From Planctomycetota bacterium (GTDB taxonomy: Bacteria; Planctomycetota; UBA1135; UBA2386): a DNA stretch of 53,063 nt. The DNA lies in the NCBI GenBank assembly GCA_947501605.1, contig CANMWZ010000028.1, positions 1 to 53,063 of the forward strand, written 5' to 3'. Of this stretch, positions 38,375 to 47,122 are shown piece by piece; position 1 is the stretch's first letter, and every line of letters starts with the position of its first letter. Under the pieces are notes generated by a model. That model was not told the DNA's origin and did not search any database. It saw nothing but the letters and a program-made list of their open reading frames with translations. The translations under genes were made by a program, and so were the position numbers.

Positions 38375-39865
38375 ATGCTGATGGCGACGCTGTGGCTCGC
38401 CGGCTGCGGTGGGCCGCCCCAAACTCCGTTGCCACGGGAGTTGGTCGTCACCCGCGCCCAACCATCGGTGCTTCAGGTTGTGTCGGCCTACACCTTTACT
38501 CTGTCGGCCCCTGCTGCCGTTTCGCTGCGCCTCAACGAGGACCAGGAGCCGCTGCTGAAGACGGAGTTCGAGGTGGCACGCGCCAGCGGTGCCGTCGAAG
38601 TAGCCGTGCCATTCGCGGCATTTTGCTGGGGCCGGGTCGCCAGCGAACCGGATCGCTGGATCGAGGCCAGCGAGGCGCGCCGCACGCTCGTTGTCGAGGA
38701 CCTTCCATGCGCCACCGGAACGGCGTTTTCGATCGATGACCGCGGCACGCTCATGACCAATGCCCATGTGATCGCGCCGCTCGACGCGTCGGCGCTGCAC
38801 AACCCCAACCTGATCGCGGCCTGCATCGACAACGACGTTGCCGCCATCGTCCAGGCTCTGGCAGAGGAACTTGGCCAAGGGCCGGATGAAGCTGCAACGG
38901 CAAGCCTGTCCGAGCAGTTCGTGCCGTGGCTCTGTGAGCGCTACTCCTTCTTGGGCAACCGTCTGGCCGAAGCCCGCTTGACCACGCGGCTGCGCCCGGG
39001 CTGGCTGTCGACGCAGCGGCCCGGCATCCTGCCGCGTGCGGTCGAAGCGGAATGGAAGGCGGACACGATCCCATGCGAAGTCATCGCCTGCGGCGAGGTC
39101 TACCCCGGCAAGGACGTGGCGCTGCTGCGGGCGCCATCGCTGGCGTCCAAGCTGATCAGCCTGCCGCTCGGCGACTCGGACCACGTGATGTCAGGCACGG
39201 CTGTGCACGCCATGGGCTTTCCGGCCGCGGCAGTGATCCCTGGCGTCGACAGCGAGGCGGCGCGCTTTCGCGTCATCGCGCACGACGGGATCCTCGACCA
39301 GCGACTGCCGACCACCGCCGGTTGGGAGGCGTTCCACATGACCGCCAACATCAACCATGGCGATAGCGGCGGCCCCGTCATCGACGGCAACGGCGACGTC
39401 GTCGCCATCAACGTCGCCGGCAACAACGACGCGGCGGCGCAGACGCTTGCCGTGCCGATCGGCATCGGCAAGGAGCTGATGGCGAGCGTCGACGTAGTGG
39501 CTTCACGCAATCCTGCCACCGAGCAGTGGTACGACGGCTTTCGCTACTTCGCCGCGGCCCATTACGAGTCCGCCCTCGACGCGTTCACGATCGTCGATCG
39601 CTACCAACGCGGCGGCATCCTGCTGCCGCACAACCGTGGCTCCCAGGCAACCGCGATGATGGAGCAGTGCACGCGGGCGATCGAGGAAGGCAGGGACACG
39701 ACGCCCTGGACCGCCACGGCAATGCGTTGGTGGCCGCCTCTGCGTACGACCTTCCTGGACATGTCGCTTTGGTCGAAGATCGGGCTGTGCGGCCTGTTGC
39801 TCGGCGCCCTCGGCGCCATGCTGCGCGGACTCGGTTGGCTGGTGGCAAAGATCACCGGGCGCTGA
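38375..39865 (+). CDS. Trypsin-like serine protease with lipoprotein signal and C-terminal TM helix
   Basis: LAGC lipobox; triad motifs TNAHV, KDVALL, NHGDSGGP; C-terminal hydrophobic helix. Confidence 0.82.
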   Translation: MLMATLWLAGCGGPPQTPLPRELVVTRAQPSVLQVVSAYTFTLSAPAAVSLRLNEDQEPLLKTEFEVARASGAVEVAVPFAAFCWGRVASEPDRWIEASEARRTLVVEDLPCATGTAFSIDDRGTLMTNAHVIAPLDASALHNPNLIAACIDNDVAAIVQALAEELGQGPDEAATASLSEQFVPWLCERYSFLGNRLAEARLTTRLRPGWLSTQRPGILPRAVEAEWKADTIPCEVIACGEVYPGKDVALLRAPSLASKLISLPLGDSDHVMSGTAVHAMGFPAAAVIPGVDSEAARFRVIAHDGILDQRLPTTAGWEAFHMTANINHGDSGGPVIDGNGDVVAINVAGNNDAAAQTLAVPIGIGKELMASVDVVASRNPATEQWYDGFRYFAAAHYESALDAFTIVDRYQRGGILLPHNRGSQATAMMEQCTRAIEEGRDTTPWTATAMRWWPPLRTTFLDMSLWSKIGLCGLLLGALGAMLRGLGWLVAKITGR

Positions 39866-39876
39866 GTCGCGCTTCG

Positions 39877-40851
39877 TCACTTCTCGTAGACGGTCCTCGC
39901 CTCGACCGGGCCGCGCCTGATCGCCAGCAGTCGCAGCACGGCAATGCGCGCTGGCTCGCTCGGGTGGCGCGCGACCGCACCGAGCACTCCACCGGCGATT
40001 GCGGCTGGCAGCTGACTCTCACAGCAGACGAGGTGGGCCACGAGGGCGCAGTCACCGTTGACCTCGATCTGGACCGGCAGCACGCGCGTAGGCACGGTGC
40101 GTTCGCCTACGGCAAGCGTCGGGCCCTCCGATCCGAGCAGGCTCGAAATGACGACCTCGACGCCCAGGTTCATCACGACGGAGAGAATCGAAGGCGCATC
40201 CACCACCGAGAACAGCAGGGAATGCAGAGTCGAGTCGTCCTTCCCCAATTGTTGGAGCGTGAAGAGCAGGCACGTGGAGCCGATGCTGCTGTCGAAATCG
40301 ACCTCGGACTGCGACAGCGGCAACAGACCGGAAGTCAGCAGCTCTTCGAACAGGACGGCCGTCGACTCGCTCAGCTTCGTCCCATCCGCATCGTAGAGAC
40401 CGAGTCGAAGCCGCACGGGTGTGGCCGAGATCTCACGGACCACCGGCTCCGTCACCTCGCGCCCGTCCCGCTGTGCCTTGCGCGTGCCCTTGAACGACAA
40501 GGTCGAAGTGTTCCGCTTGACGACCATGGTTCGATCCCCGACGTCGAGATGGATCGCCGCTGGCATCAGGCTCGCCACCTCGAGCTGGAGCATGCGGTAC
40601 CGACGTTGTTCGCCGTCGTCGATCACGAGCCCGAACAGCACTGCGTCGCCGACGCGAAAGTCGCTCGCCGGGTCGATCGGTGCGGAGCCCGTCAGCAACG
40701 AAGCGGCGCCTGGAAACTCCGCCGGGTCGAACGCGGCGAAGGTAGCGAGGTCGAGAGCGCGATCTGCATCCGTGTCCCGTGCAGGCGGCGGTGCGCTGCA
40801 GCTCACGGCAAGGCTGAGTGCGAGTGTGAGGAGAGCAGCGCTCTGGAACAT
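39877..40851 (-). CDS. Hypothetical lipoprotein
   Basis: MFQSAALLTLALSLAVSC lipobox; typical codon bias; lies downstream of the haloperoxidase on the same strand. Confidence 0.65.
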   Translation of the reverse strand: MFQSAALLTLALSLAVSCSAPPPARDTDADRALDLATFAAFDPAEFPGAASLLTGSAPIDPASDFRVGDAVLFGLVIDDGEQRRYRMLQLEVASLMPAAIHLDVGDRTMVVKRNTSTLSFKGTRKAQRDGREVTEPVVREISATPVRLRLGLYDADGTKLSESTAVLFEELLTSGLLPLSQSEVDFDSSIGSTCLLFTLQQLGKDDSTLHSLLFSVVDAPSILSVVMNLGVEVVISSLLGSEGPTLAVGERTVPTRVLPVQIEVNGDCALVAHLVCCESQLPAAIAGGVLGAVARHPSEPARIAVLRLLAIRRGPVEARTVYEK

Positions 40852-40921
40852 TGGAGTGGGATCCGTCGGCGACCGTGCGAGGGAATCGCGGCAGCGTAGC
40901 ACCGCAGCGCGCAGGAGCCCT

Positions 40922-42451
40922 TCAGCGCACGGTCGCCGTGCCGTCGAAGTACTTCTGGTACTTGGGCCAACTCCACGCCGCAAGGTCACGCCCGACCTTC
41001 AGGCCGACATCGTTGTCGATCGGGATGTGGTAGCCGCCGAGCGCACGCGACCGTGCTGCCATCTCGGCCGTAGCACTGAAGGTCGGCAGGTCGAGCGTGA
41101 CGAAGTCGCCACCGGACAACTCCGTCAGCTCACAGTGTCGACGGCGCTCGGCGTAACCGTACGAGTCGCTGCCGGTGAACAGTTCGAGCATCTTGCTACA
41201 CGCGCCACTGACGGTCGCATGGCCGCTGGTGTAGCCCGGGAACGGCGGTGTGATGAACGACTCCGGCGAGTACGGCCGCCAGTCTTCGGCCTTCATCGTG
41301 CGCGTGCCGCCCGCGGGCCCGGCCCAGCCGAGAATCGTCTGTCCTCTGTAGTAGTGCCGGATCAAGGTCCACGGCCGCGACGAGTCGTAGACCCGCTTGG
41401 TCTCCCAACACGAGATGAACGCGTCCATGGCGACGTTGGCGATGACGAAGTAGAGCTTCACGTCGCGATCGAGGTCGTGGTGGTCGCGGCGCGATACATC
41501 CTGCGCAAAACGCAGCCAGTGACCGCTCTGGCCGGTCGACCGCGGGCCATCGCGCATGAACTCGACGATCGCCTTCTGCTCGTTGCTGAGCGAATTGCTG
41601 TAGGCCAGGACCTGCGCTGTCTCTGCGCGCAACCGGGGGCCGTCGGTCGTGGTTCGCGGCGGTGGCGGCGGCCGGAACTGATCGCCACGCTCGATCGCGA
41701 ACGGCGTCACCTTGCCCCAATGTGGCGTGAGGAACCCCGGCGTGACCTTTCGACCGTCGTCCAGCGTGAACTCGATCGGTTGCCAACGATCGGGGTCGAG
41801 GATGCGGTCCGCTGGGTTCTGCGGCTGATACGCGCTGGTGTCGCCGTACGGAGTCCCATCGCCGCCCTGGTCGTCACCGAACTGGTTGCTGCCGTCCCGC
41901 CGGCGATGCTCGATCACCGCGTCGGCCGCGAGGATGCCGATGCCGACTGCGGTCGCGGCATCCTCGTTCTCGAGCAGCGGGTCGTATCCCAGCGAGCGCA
42001 TCTGCTCGTCGAGCCATGGCTCGGACTCGGGATAGACGAATTTCAACGCCCGCAGCGATGCGTAACTGATCGCGATCTGCTTGTTCTGCAGCGTGCGCTC
42101 CTCGAGCGGACGTCGCAGCGAGCCGCCAAAGCGTGAGCCCACGGCCGTGTCGTCGTAGGCAGCCCACGCGTCGAACATCGCCGTTGCCCAGATCGCCAAA
42201 GTGCGCGAGATCACTGTCGGCCGCGCCGCGTAGCGATCGACGTTCCGCGCCGTGGCCTCCTCGGCGACGTCGAGCCACGCGTAGGCGAGGCTGACGTCGT
42301 CCATCGAGGTCGCCGGCAAGAAGCGATGCAGCGGCTTGCCCCCATCGTTGGCCATCGAACAAGCACCCAACACGGCCACCACCGCAACGGCAAACAAGGA
42401 GCACGCTGCGGCAGCGCGCACAGCGAACGAGCGAGGATCCGAGAGCGACAT
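40922..42451 (-). CDS. Vanadium-dependent haloperoxidase family (PAP2 superfamily) lipoprotein
   Basis: ISCWETKRVYDSSRPW, PPFPGYTSGHAT, RSRALGGYHIPID vanadate-site motifs; LGAC lipobox. Confidence 0.88.
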   Translation of the reverse strand: MSLSDPRSFAVRAAAACSLFAVAVVAVLGACSMANDGGKPLHRFLPATSMDDVSLAYAWLDVAEEATARNVDRYAARPTVISRTLAIWATAMFDAWAAYDDTAVGSRFGGSLRRPLEERTLQNKQIAISYASLRALKFVYPESEPWLDEQMRSLGYDPLLENEDAATAVGIGILAADAVIEHRRRDGSNQFGDDQGGDGTPYGDTSAYQPQNPADRILDPDRWQPIEFTLDDGRKVTPGFLTPHWGKVTPFAIERGDQFRPPPPPRTTTDGPRLRAETAQVLAYSNSLSNEQKAIVEFMRDGPRSTGQSGHWLRFAQDVSRRDHHDLDRDVKLYFVIANVAMDAFISCWETKRVYDSSRPWTLIRHYYRGQTILGWAGPAGGTRTMKAEDWRPYSPESFITPPFPGYTSGHATVSGACSKMLELFTGSDSYGYAERRRHCELTELSGGDFVTLDLPTFSATAEMAARSRALGGYHIPIDNDVGLKVGRDLAAWSWPKYQKYFDGTATVR

Positions 42452-42544
42452 CGAACGCCAACATAGCGAGGCCAGGAGGCGCGGACGAGCATCGTGGTAC
42501 GGCGCACCAGAGCATCCGCGACCGTGCTGCTACACTCCTCGCCC

Positions 42545-43081
42545 ATGCAAAGACGCGAACTCAACGCCGGGCAGCAGCGCCGTCGAGAACGACTGCGCGG
42601 GCTCGGACTCCTGCTGGCGGTCAGCGGCGCCGTATTCACCGCAGTCGGGTTGATCGACTTCTTCAGCGAGCACGACAGCTTTGGCGGCCCACGGCGCTTC
42701 TGGTGTCTGTTCGTCGGCGTGCCGCTGCTGGGCTTCGGGACTCATCTGTTGAAGATCGGCTACCTTGGAGTGATGGCGCGGCACGTCGCCGGCGAGGTCG
42801 CTCCGGTCACCGCCGATGTCATCGACTATGTCGCCAAGGAAACCCGCGAGAGTTTGCAGTCGACGGCGCGCGCGATCGGCCGCGGTCTGCGCGACGACGG
42901 CCCGCCCACGACCGTGCCGTGCGCCAACTGTGGCAACCACAACGAGTGGGGCGCCACGTTCTGCGATCAGTGCGGCAAGCCGGTCGCGGCGCCGCCGATC
43001 TGCGGGGTCTGCAGGACCGAGAACGAGCCAGACGCCAAGTTCTGCAAAGCCTGCGGCAAGCCGATCCCCGTCGCCACGTAG
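42545..43081 (+). CDS. Membrane protein with C-terminal double zinc ribbon
   Basis: Two TM segments; CANC..FCDQC and CGVC..FCKAC. Confidence 0.8.
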   Translation: MQRRELNAGQQRRRERLRGLGLLLAVSGAVFTAVGLIDFFSEHDSFGGPRRFWCLFVGVPLLGFGTHLLKIGYLGVMARHVAGEVAPVTADVIDYVAKETRESLQSTARAIGRGLRDDGPPTTVPCANCGNHNEWGATFCDQCGKPVAAPPICGVCRTENEPDAKFCKACGKPIPVAT

Positions 43082-43128
43082 CAGACCATCGAGCGCAATC
43101 GCCGCCGCCGGTTGACCCGAACGGGCTG

Positions 43129-45687
43129 TCAGTGCGTCACGAACTCATCGAGCCCCATCACCACACCCACGAGGCGACGGAACGCCACGACCTCTGCGGT
43201 GGCCCCATCGAGCATCCGCCGCTCGTCGCCAAGGAACTGCAGCAACCGCGACATTTCCTGCTCTCCCGGCTCGCGCAACAGGCATCGACGAACGAGCCAG
43301 GCGATCCGCGCCTCGTCGCTCGCTTCGGCTTCGACGAGAACTCGAGCCGCCAACGCGTCGCGGCATTCGACGAACTGTGGGTCGTTCCACAACGCGAGTG
43401 CCTGCATCGGCGTATTGGTCGGGATCCGGCGCACGACGCAGAACTCGCGGCTCGGCGCGTCAAAGGTCGTCATGGTTGGATGCGGGCTCGTGCGTCGCCA
43501 CAGCGTGTAGAGCGAGCGGCGATGGCGGTCATCACCATCGCTCGTGCGCCACTTGTCGCCGCTGTAGATCTGGCCCCAGACGCCGTCGGGTTGTTCGGGC
43601 ATGACGCTCGGTCCAAAGACCCCACGGCTCAAGAGCCCGGCTGTGCTGAGCGCTTGGTCGCGCAGCATCTCGGCAGACAAACGCAGACGCGGGCTCCGAG
43701 CAAACCACCGGTTCTGCGGATCGCGCTCACGCCCGTCACCGGTTGCGGCGCCGCCCTGACGATAGGTCGAAGAGAGCACTAGGCCCCGCAGCAGCGCCTT
43801 CCACGACCAACCGCGATCTTGGACCTCGCACGCGAGCCAGTCGAGCAACTCGGGGTGCGACGGCCGGTCGCCTTGAACACCGAAATCCTCCGTGCTGGCA
43901 ACCAAGCCTCGACCGAATAACTGCTCCCACGCGCGACTGACGAGCACGCGCGCTGTGCGCGGGTTGTCGCGCGAACACAGCCACTTCGCCAATGCGAGTC
44001 GATCGGCCGTCGCAGTTGGCGGCAACGCCGGCCAGCACGCGGGCACCGCCGGAGCAACCGGCTCCCCGAGCGAGAGGAAACTACCGCGAAGGTGGATGCG
44101 CGTCGTGCGGCGGCGATCTGGAGGCAACTCCTTCAGCACCGCCACCAGCGGCACACCGAGCTTGTCCAACTCGGCGCGCAAACCGGCGAGGTTGGCAGTC
44201 AGCATCGCCGCAACCAACGAGCCGACGGCGAAGGCGGCGTCGATCATTGCGCGCTCCGACGCCGTGCGTTCCGACACAGGCTTCTCGAGCGCGAGCTCAC
44301 CAGCGGGCGGGATGGTCGTCGCCGCAAGCTCGAAGCAGAAGCCACCGGGACCGCTGCCGTTGATGATTCTGAGCAGGATCTCGGTGCGGCCCGCAGGCAG
44401 ATCCACTTCGACCAACTCCTGTCGCGGAGCTGCAGCGCGCGAGGTGGTGTGCGCCATCTGGTTGACCCCGTTGATCCAAACGTCGATTGCGTCATCGCTG
44501 CCGAGGGCCAGAACGGCTCGTGTCGGCGAGACACAGTCGATCGTTCGCAACAGGAAGAACGAGGCGTTGTCGCCGCGCCACTCGTGCACGCGACCATCGA
44601 CGAAGTCCGCACGCTCCTGCCACTGCTGGCCGTCGAACACGGCATCGGCTCGCACGAGGTCTTGGTGCTCGATCTTGCGCGCGATCGCAGCTTCGAAGCT
44701 CTCCGCTCGCACCGGCCCGAGGAGTTTCCATGGCGACAGTCGTGGCCTGGCCGCAGCAAAGGCCGCGAGCTGCGCCTTCACCGCTTCGACCCAGGCCTCG
44801 CGCGGGAGTGCGGCGAGTTCCCGCTCGAGGTCCGCGATCTTCGCATCCAGCTCCCGCACTCGCGGCGCCTGTGCTTCTGTCGGCGCGCGCAGCACAGGCT
44901 CCTCGTCGTCGCGGTCTTGGTCCTCGGTCTGGTCGAAGAACGCGTAAAGCTGGAAGTACTCCTTCTGCGAGATCGCGTCGTACTTGTGGTCGTGGCACTG
45001 CGCGCAGCCCGCCGTCGCGCCCATCCAGACCGACATGGTCGTGTTCGTGCGATCGACCACGGCCGCCGACCGAAACTCCTCGTTGTCGGTGCCGCCCTCA
45101 GTATTGGTCATCGTGTTGCGATGCATCGCCGTGGCCACTCGCTGCTCGACCGTGGCCTCTGGCAGCAGGTCGCCGGCGAGCTGCAAGACCGTGAACTGGT
45201 CAAAAGGAAGATCGCGCGCAAACGCCTCGATGACCCAGTCCCGGTAGCGCCACATGTGCGGTCGCAGTCCGTCCTTCTCGTAGCCTTGCGAATCGGCGTA
45301 GCGCGCGAGATCGAGCCACCACTGCGCCCAGCGTTCGCCAAAGGCCTGATCCTGCAGCAGTCGATCGACTTCGCGCTCATACGCGTCCTCGCGATCGTCG
45401 CGCTCGAACGCTGCGACCTGCTCTGGGGAAGGCGGCAACCCGCACAAGTCGAGCGACGCGCGACGGAGCCACTCTGCTCGCGTGGCTGCTGCCGCGGGCG
45501 ACACTCCGTTCTGCACCATCGCCGCCAACACGAACCGATCGAGCGGCGAACGGCACCACGAGGCATCGGCGACCTCGGGGGGCGTTGGCCGAGCGATCGG
45601 CCGGTCCGACCACAATGGCGGGCGCTGCTCCTGCTGGGTGACCGCAGCAACGCAGCAGGAGGCGAGCACGAGGAGCGTTCGCAGCAT
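43129..45687 (-). CDS. DUF1549/DUF1553 (PSCyt2/PSD1) planctomycete cytochrome-c-type protein
   Basis: WLRRASLDLCGLPP, WWLDLARYADSQGYE, GCAQCHDHKYD, NPRTARV..RAWEQLFGRG, PSHPELLDWLA, RRSLY, TNTPMQAL; inserted beta-sandwich (GSDDAIDVWING). Confidence 0.92.
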   Translation of the reverse strand: MLRTLLVLASCCVAAVTQQEQRPPLWSDRPIARPTPPEVADASWCRSPLDRFVLAAMVQNGVSPAAAATRAEWLRRASLDLCGLPPSPEQVAAFERDDREDAYEREVDRLLQDQAFGERWAQWWLDLARYADSQGYEKDGLRPHMWRYRDWVIEAFARDLPFDQFTVLQLAGDLLPEATVEQRVATAMHRNTMTNTEGGTDNEEFRSAAVVDRTNTTMSVWMGATAGCAQCHDHKYDAISQKEYFQLYAFFDQTEDQDRDDEEPVLRAPTEAQAPRVRELDAKIADLERELAALPREAWVEAVKAQLAAFAAARPRLSPWKLLGPVRAESFEAAIARKIEHQDLVRADAVFDGQQWQERADFVDGRVHEWRGDNASFFLLRTIDCVSPTRAVLALGSDDAIDVWINGVNQMAHTTSRAAAPRQELVEVDLPAGRTEILLRIINGSGPGGFCFELAATTIPPAGELALEKPVSERTASERAMIDAAFAVGSLVAAMLTANLAGLRAELDKLGVPLVAVLKELPPDRRRTTRIHLRGSFLSLGEPVAPAVPACWPALPPTATADRLALAKWLCSRDNPRTARVLVSRAWEQLFGRGLVASTEDFGVQGDRPSHPELLDWLACEVQDRGWSWKALLRGLVLSSTYRQGGAATGDGRERDPQNRWFARSPRLRLSAEMLRDQALSTAGLLSRGVFGPSVMPEQPDGVWGQIYSGDKWRTSDGDDRHRRSLYTLWRRTSPHPTMTTFDAPSREFCVVRRIPTNTPMQALALWNDPQFVECRDALAARVLVEAEASDEARIAWLVRRCLLREPGEQEMSRLLQFLGDERRMLDGATAEVVAFRRLVGVVMGLDEFVTH

Positions 45688-45717
45688 GGCGCCGCACAGT
45701 CTACGGCGCTTGGTCCA

Positions 45718-47103
45718 TCACTCGATCAGCAGTTGTTTGCCGAAGCGGATCGGCACGCCGAAGTTGGCGCCCGTGAACTCGCGCAGCACCGCATAGTTGA
45801 CCGCGATCACGGTGCCATCGCCGCCGAACACCGGGCCACCGGAACCGCCGTTCGTGGTGGTCGCATCGTAGACAATCATCCGATCCTGCACGTTGCCGAT
45901 GGTGCCCTCGGTGATCATCGGCGAGATGCGATTGGCGCCAGCGAGCTCGTCGATCACCGTCGCCATGTCCGCTCCGCGGGTCCGCAGTGCGTCGACCAGC
46001 AACGCGTCCGCTTTGGCCAATAGCGCTGCCAGTCCGGTTGGATAGCCGACGACGATTGCGCGCGCGTCCTCCAGGTCTTCCAACGGACCATCGTGCAACT
46101 CGAGCACCGGGACCTTCGCCAACTGCTCGATGGGCAACACGAACATCGCCACGTCGAGGTCGTCGTCGCGACGGCGGATGCGAGTTGGATCGACGTCGAT
46201 CGGATGCCCACCGGGAAAGGTCGCAGTAAGTCGTTGGAAGGACGCCATCGCCCCGCGCTGCGCCGCGAGCTGAAGTTGCGGCATCACCTCCCATGGCGTC
46301 ACCACGTGACGATTGGTCAGGACGCGACCGTCGGAACCAGCCAGGAAGCCCGAGCCCGTGTACTCGGCGAGAAGGGGCATCCCGCGTTCGTCGAGCACCG
46401 GGCTGCCATTGGGCCAACGCATGCGCACGATGCCATGCACCAGACACACGCCTTTGCTCCACTGCCGCTGAACTTGGCCAAAGACGACATTGGCTCGTTG
46501 CAGGCGCGCCAGCTCCGACGCCTGCTCGCCCTGCACCGCGCGCACGCGTTCGAGTTCGGCGACGGTGACGTCATCGGCTCGCTGCGGCATCCGCGCTGGG
46601 CGCCCACCGAGCCAGCCCGCCAACCACGACAACGGCAACGCCAGCGCCAGCACGAACAGCGGCAGGCCGATCTTCAGCGGCATGGTCGCTTGCGTCAGCA
46701 GATCGCGCGCCAACCCACCTGCGGCCGCAACCCCGCCGCTGTTCCGTTTCACTTCGCGGGCGTCGGCGAACATCTTGCGCACCGGCTTGCACACGCTGCC
46801 TTCCGGCACGTAGGCGCGAAAGCGCGACCGCGGCCCCGCCATCCCCCACTCGATCAGATCGCCATCCTGCAGGATCACCTCGGTGATCTCGCTGCGATTG
46901 ACGAACAACCGCCCGTCGAGGCGACGCAGCACGAACGCACAGTCATCGGCGTGGTACTCGAGCACCGCGTGCAAGGGCGCCACGGCGGCATCCTGCAGGC
47001 GCAATTCTGCCGAAGGCGCCGAGCCGATGACCAGCGCGGAGTCGTCATAGGTCACCGTGCGGCCTCGCAGTGGCCCCGACAGGTGCAGCAATTGCGGCCG
47101 CAT
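45718..47103 (-). CDS. FHA-like domain + TM + trypsin-like serine protease
   Basis: FHA-like VIGS...HAVL...FVN...LQDGDLIEWG; TM; TGSGF, TNRHV, LDVA, NGGSGGPV. Confidence 0.85.
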   Translation of the reverse strand: MRPQLLHLSGPLRGRTVTYDDSALVIGSAPSAELRLQDAAVAPLHAVLEYHADDCAFVLRRLDGRLFVNRSEITEVILQDGDLIEWGMAGPRSRFRAYVPEGSVCKPVRKMFADAREVKRNSGGVAAAGGLARDLLTQATMPLKIGLPLFVLALALPLSWLAGWLGGRPARMPQRADDVTVAELERVRAVQGEQASELARLQRANVVFGQVQRQWSKGVCLVHGIVRMRWPNGSPVLDERGMPLLAEYTGSGFLAGSDGRVLTNRHVVTPWEVMPQLQLAAQRGAMASFQRLTATFPGGHPIDVDPTRIRRRDDDLDVAMFVLPIEQLAKVPVLELHDGPLEDLEDARAIVVGYPTGLAALLAKADALLVDALRTRGADMATVIDELAGANRISPMITEGTIGNVQDRMIVYDATTTNGGSGGPVFGGDGTVIAVNYAVLREFTGANFGVPIRFGKQLLIE

Positions 47104-47108
47104 GGCGG

Positions 47109-47115
47109 CACCATA
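47109..47115. promoter_or_regulatory. Candidate bidirectional overlapping -10 elements
   Basis: TATGGT on - strand (47110-47115) 6 nt before ATG 47103; CACCAT on + strand (47109-47114) 8 nt before GTG 47123. Confidence 0.35.
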
Positions 47116-47122
47116 GGTGGCC

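Noticed and set aside
37949..39184. N-terminal 412 codons of the 879-aa minus-strand ORF
   Set aside because: Antisense shadow of the protease gene plus intergenic DNA. Chemoreceptor sequence starts at GTG 37948.
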